NCBI GenBank assembly: GCA_029856045.1
Contig: JAHQWG010000029.1
Location: 1 to 30,908, forward strand
DNA from: Promethearchaeia archaeon
GTDB taxonomy: Archaea; Asgardarchaeota; Lokiarchaeia; Sigyniarchaeales; SOKP01
Direction of reading: 5' to 3'
Length of the DNA stretch: 30,908 nucleotides
Numbering within the stretch: the stretch's first letter is position 1; each line of letters begins with the position of its first letter. The notes beneath the pieces were generated by a model that saw only the letters and a list, made by a program, of their open reading frames with translations, did no database searches and was not told where the DNA came from. Position numbers and translations under genes: made by a program. This document shows, in pieces, positions 26,840 to 30,908 of the stretch.

Positions 26840-27145
26840 TTAAGATTGAGTGCCTGTACTAAGGCGCAGATGGTCTTTCCCTAAAATAATCATTTTTTTA
26901 GCGTTTCCAATTCTTAGCTGAACCTCGTAGCACCGACCACGCTTTCCTATAATAGTGCCTGTTTTCCCATGATATCGGCGATGTGGCATACCCCGTTTAT
27001 GGGCACCTGAATTCGTTATAATGTCAACTTTTTTTCCAATTTCAAAATCAATTAGATATTTTTCTACTGAACCTAATCCCCGTTTTCTCACATTCTTTCT
27101 ATGAAGACTTCGAGTTTTATTTCTATATCCTTTATGTAATGTCAT
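26840..27145 (-). CDS. rpl21e: 50S ribosomal protein L21e (eL21)
   Basis: KGYRNKTRS, RKRGL, FEIGKKVDI, HKRGMPHRRYHGKTG.I.GKRGRCY, DHLR. Confidence 0.96.
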   Translation of the reverse strand: MTLHKGYRNKTRSLHRKNVRKRGLGSVEKYLIDFEIGKKVDIITNSGAHKRGMPHRRYHGKTGTIIGKRGRCYEVQLRIGNAKKMIILGKDHLRLSTGTQS

Positions 27146-27257
27146 AATACGGCTTTTGATTAATATACAAATCCAAAATTCAAAAATCTAATTTGATATT
27201 TTAATAAAATTAAGGTTATTTATTTATTTTACTCAATTTAATCATTTTTTAAAATAA

Positions 27258-28547
27258 TTAAATTGTTTGTGTTTCCATTTCTAATTTAAAATCATAAGTT
27301 TCCGCTAAATGTGGCTTTATTAAATAAACCGCAATCCAATAAAATGGGATTAAACATAATTCAACAAATATAGAAATTATAAACGGCCATTTTATTCCCA
27401 AAATGTCCCATGTAATACCGCCTATAATTGGACCGATAATACCTCCCAAACTAACAAAAAATAATTGAAATCCCATAGTTTTTCCTCGATGTTTTACAGT
27501 AATTCTACTCAATAAATTCATCAAAACTAAACTGGCTGTTCCTACTATGGTGGTATCAAATATTAAAAGAATAGCAAAAATCCATATATTCGTTGTATTA
27601 ATTAAAAACCATGTAATAATTGAACCAATTACACTGGCAATAGTTATTCCAATTACTGGATGAATTTTATCTACCACTTCACCCAATTTCGGAGCTAAAA
27701 ACATGGAAATAATCCCACTTGGCAAATACGCCAGAACTACAATAGTAGGGTCGCTTTCTATTGCTTCTAATAAATAAATATTCAAAAATGGTTTTGCAAG
27801 TGAGCCATTAACTTTACTCAAGAGTAGAACGATTAATAAAAAAATTGAACCAATTAATAGTGGTTTAGATAAAACAGCTGTAGAGATTTCTTCTGTTGTA
27901 GATTTATTAGATATTGTTGAATTATCCGAAAATTTAATTGATTCATCCACTTTGCGGACGAATTGAATTCCTGCAAAAAAATTTGCAATCCCAAATATTA
28001 GAATCGGACAATATGTGATAAAAGAATTATTGGTACTTAGGAACCCCCAACTAAAAATTGTAAATCCTATTATGGCTCCAATAAGTAAACCCTTTCCAAC
28101 TGCAGAATCCCGTTTACCATATGCATGAGAACGATGATTTTTATTTGATTTTTCTGCTATAAGTGTATCAAATGGAATCCAAAAAATACCTGCAAAGAAG
28201 CCCAATGTAAATGTACCAATCCCCAAACCAATTAAAGAAAAAAAAATGATCGCTATATATATTATAAAATAAGATAAACCTCGCCCAAATGAACCAAGTA
28301 AAATTAATTTTGTTTTTGATTTAATTCGATCAGTTAAAATACCAGTAAAAAAAGAACTCGTCAGGTTTCCAATAACTAGAACGGAAAATATCAATCCAAT
28401 TTGCGTACCGGTGGCATTTAATTGTTGACTTGCAAAGTATTGAAGAATAAATTCTAAAAAAAAGAAACCTAAACTATTAAGTATAACAATCTGGATCATA
28501 GGCTTAAAATCATATGTATATCGCTCCAAATTTTTTTCAGATTGCAC
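27258..28547 (-). CDS. MFS transporter
   Basis: About 12 hydrophobic segments; GILTDRIKSK (motif A-like), HRSHAYG, LGEVVDKIHP, HRGKTMG, GGIIGPIIGG. Confidence 0.88.
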   Translation of the reverse strand: MQSEKNLERYTYDFKPMIQIVILNSLGFFFLEFILQYFASQQLNATGTQIGLIFSVLVIGNLTSSFFTGILTDRIKSKTKLILLGSFGRGLSYFIIYIAIIFFSLIGLGIGTFTLGFFAGIFWIPFDTLIAEKSNKNHRSHAYGKRDSAVGKGLLIGAIIGFTIFSWGFLSTNNSFITYCPILIFGIANFFAGIQFVRKVDESIKFSDNSTISNKSTTEEISTAVLSKPLLIGSIFLLIVLLLSKVNGSLAKPFLNIYLLEAIESDPTIVVLAYLPSGIISMFLAPKLGEVVDKIHPVIGITIASVIGSIITWFLINTTNIWIFAILLIFDTTIVGTASLVLMNLLSRITVKHRGKTMGFQLFFVSLGGIIGPIIGGITWDILGIKWPFIISIFVELCLIPFYWIAVYLIKPHLAETYDFKLEMETQTI

Positions 28548-28636
28548 GAATAAGTTCTCAACTGAAGTAATTTAATATAATGTAGAATATAGAATCAAAT
28601 TTATTCTTTTATCTTTTATTAGATCTTTTTTCTTGC

Positions 28637-30004
28637 TTAATATTCTACATTTAATACATCCAATTCTTTACATATACATTGGAAACCAAATATTTCAGTT
28701 AAAGACGGTGTTGTCCTTCCCCCATCGCCATTAATTAACTCTTTTATGTATGTTCCACCAATAGTTTTTATATTAAAATTAGCATGTTTCGAATCAATTA
28801 AGGAGCCAATAATTTCAAATACTTTTTTTTTACGAGTTAAATCTGCCCTTCTATGCAATACTCTTTGTGGTGTTTTTTGTAATATTATTTTATTTTCCAA
28901 TTGCTCTTTTAACTTATTTAATTTCTCTTTAAAAATTGATTGATTAATATCTTCATCAAACTCTACAAAAGCTCGATAAATCTTTTTTGAGAACTCTGCA
29001 TTGGCCTTTAAATTAATCATTTTTCTGCGAGTGCTAAATTTTAAATTAAAAATCTCAACTTTCTTTTTATTTTTTTTATTAACTTTCTTTTCCAATTTTC
29101 GTAGGTCAAGTTTTCTTATCTTGGGCTGAATTAATTGTAAAACAAAGGGTCTACCACTTCCTAACATTCTAGCGTCGATATCTTCCCGTCCTGCTCCGTG
29201 AAATTTTGAATCTGATGCTTTTGAATATTCTACAAATAAATCAGAGATCTTCTCTTCTACACTCGTTGGATACTGCTTACCTGTTCCATTACACTCTTCA
29301 CAACCTTGACCTCTACAATTTCTGCAGAGCCAATGAGTTTGAGGTATCCCTCGCTCAAATTTTCTATATCTACCATAAATAAAAAGAGGGTTAATTTGGA
29401 GAGATAAATTAAATTTCTCATAAGAGAGGTTAAAAATAAATAATATTTCAGGATTTTTAAATTCAACTGGTCTTGTAATCCCTTTTTCTATAAGTTTTCC
29501 TACTTCTCGGTTGAAATGATTTTTAAAGGATTCAGAATATGTTAGGTTAAATTCCGATTTAAATTTATCTTCTTTGTTGATAATAAAATCGCAACTACAA
29601 CCAACCAAAAAATTTTCAAACTCAACTCCTTGAGATTCTACCATTGCTTTTGATGCATATTGATTTAAATTATCAAAAATACCCTGGCATAAATAACATT
29701 TTTTTGAATCATCAAACTGTGGAAAATTGATACTTTTGTTACTTAAGATATTTTGAGCAATTATGTAATTAGCTTTTTCAGCAAGGATTTTTATTCCATC
29801 TAAACCTTCATTTGAAATATCTTCCTCATTTGATAATATTTTTCTGTGGAGTTCTAAGGTTAAGGCTAATAATAATGACTCACCCCTTATCCTATTTGTA
29901 AGTCCGGAACCTAAAACAGCGAAAAGCCTTCCAAGACACTTAGGACACACGTAATAATCTTGTCTATAAATATCTAAAATTTTATCCAAATTATTCATGT
30001 TCAC
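28637..30004 (-). CDS. pus10: tRNA pseudouridine(54/55) synthase Pus10
   Basis: CPKCLGR...CYLC Zn site, THUMP-like region, GRYRKFERGIPQT, catalytic FHGAGREDIDARMLGSGRPF, QKTPQRVLHRRADLTR, GGTYIKELINGDGGRTTPS. Confidence 0.96.
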   Translation of the reverse strand: MNMNNLDKILDIYRQDYYVCPKCLGRLFAVLGSGLTNRIRGESLLLALTLELHRKILSNEEDISNEGLDGIKILAEKANYIIAQNILSNKSINFPQFDDSKKCYLCQGIFDNLNQYASKAMVESQGVEFENFLVGCSCDFIINKEDKFKSEFNLTYSESFKNHFNREVGKLIEKGITRPVEFKNPEILFIFNLSYEKFNLSLQINPLFIYGRYRKFERGIPQTHWLCRNCRGQGCEECNGTGKQYPTSVEEKISDLFVEYSKASDSKFHGAGREDIDARMLGSGRPFVLQLIQPKIRKLDLRKLEKKVNKKNKKKVEIFNLKFSTRRKMINLKANAEFSKKIYRAFVEFDEDINQSIFKEKLNKLKEQLENKIILQKTPQRVLHRRADLTRKKKVFEIIGSLIDSKHANFNIKTIGGTYIKELINGDGGRTTPSLTEIFGFQCICKELDVLNVEY

Positions 30005-30153
30005 TTCAATAATTTAAATAAAGCGAATTTTCCTTTAATTTTTGATATTTTACATAAAATATAATAAAAATTCGTATTTTTAACTAAAAATTTTAAAGAA
30101 TTGTAATATCCAGATATTGATAATTTTCGTGAAATCATCGTTATCCTATTATT

Positions 30154-30378
30154 CTATTTTTTTATATCTTCACTTATATTTTTCTGAAAAATTATATTAT
30201 GACATCCCGAAAATACCCCTCTTTTAGGGCTTTCTCTATAAATAATTTCAAATTTATCTCTTTTTAAAAAATTTGTTATATCATCAATTGTATAAACACC
30301 GTATTTTTGCACGATGTGCTTAAAAATTCTAATAGAAGATGCGAAGTTACCGATTGTTGCAATTCTCGCATCCAACAT
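30154..30378 (-). pseudogene. Short ORF; possibly the C-terminal remnant of a class I SAM methyltransferase, otherwise a small hypothetical protein
   Basis: YGVYTIDDITNFLKRDKFEIIYRE resembles MTase C-termini as I recall them. Fragments EVK, RV and GGHYV upstream in different frames suggest a broken EVxRVLxxGG motif. A GGAGG before the ATG also allows an intact small gene. Confidence 0.35.
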
Positions 30379-30797
30379 AATGTCCTCCTATTGACTCTTA
30401 ACTTCTTATCATTCGTTATCATAAATCCCTTATATTAAAATTTTGCATTTGTTTTTTGGATGCTGATAAATTTATTAAACAAAAGATCTTCATTATTATA
30501 CAACTTTAAAATATGCTAATATTACAAAATTTACAATGTACTAATTCATTAAAAGGTTTTACATTATAATTTTTAATATATTTATAAAATTCTAATTCAT
30601 TCCGTTTGGGAAATCCTTACAAAGCACGATAAAGATTTTGAAGGCGATTTAGTTAAAGATGGAGAATTCTTCTGCTTTATTAAATCTTAAACTATCTAAC
30701 AATAAAATTAACAATGTGATAAAATTAACAAGTCTCAACAAAATACCAAAAATTAATTTTCACATCACATTTAAATATGATAAAATAAATTCTAAAT

Positions 30798-30908
30798 TTA
30801 AGACATTTGAATTTCTCTTCTTCTAGTCTCCACCTCTCTATCAAACAGTTCCCTTGCTGTTTTTGTGTAGAACTCATTTCTTTTTCTAAATTCATAATGC
30901 TCTTGAGG
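30798..30908 (-). CDS. 3' end of an unidentified CDS entering from beyond the window
   Basis: Open frame from the window edge: PQEHYEFRKRNEFYTKTARELFDREVETRRREIQMS-stop (TAA at 30800-30798), with coding-like composition. Confidence 0.55.
   Translation of the reverse strand, partial: PQEHYEFRKRNEFYTKTARELFDREVETRRREIQMS

Noticed and set aside
29280-29330. Extra CxxCxGxGCxxCxGxG Zn finger in Pus10
   Set aside because: To my knowledge this is present in many archaeal Pus10 proteins, so it is not novel.
856-29466. Short ORF-track entries overlapping longer genes (e.g. 856-1095, 1706-1984, 3872-4129, 10579-11346, 17426-17713, 18350-18682, 20532-20774, 23964-24155, 29257-29466)
   Set aside because: They are antisense or alternative-frame shadows of well-supported genes and have no recognisable motifs.

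Overview
This is a very AT-rich archaeal chromosomal segment. Gene content (Rab-like GTPase with a WDFGGEERF switch II, a 7TM-longin fusion, a capped 22-aa LRR protein, archaeal uL10/P1, Rpo4, Pus10, CofG/CofH, MptA) points to an Asgard archaeon, most likely Lokiarchaeia (inference). Layout: (1) 1-5339, a cofactor cluster (amidohydrolase-arfC-cofG-cofH operon, divergent mptA); (2) 5381-18162, a mixed accessory region (DAGK-family kinase, nucleotidyltransferase, 7TM-longin, crotonase, atypical M24 enzyme, glycosyltransferase, two-module LRR protein, EndoQ, MFS); (3) the rpl11-rpl1-rpl10-rpl12 operon; (4) a Rab-like GTPase, a CPBP/Rce1-type protease and nurA; (5) the conserved pus10-[MFS]-rpl21e-rpoF-DUF655-rsmA-hemK cluster, with possible gene remnants upstream. 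The best lead is the deaminase-type amidohydrolase overlapping arfC in the FO-synthase operon, a candidate for the pyrimidine deaminase of archaeal flavin/F420 biosynthesis, which to my knowledge is unassigned. Other leads are the 7TM-longin receptor-like protein, an apparent ATT start for rpoF, and a hairpin after rpoF with an anti-Shine-Dalgarno-like loop. I saw no rRNA, tRNA, CRISPR array or transposase. All calls rest on motif recognition by eye; no searches were run.
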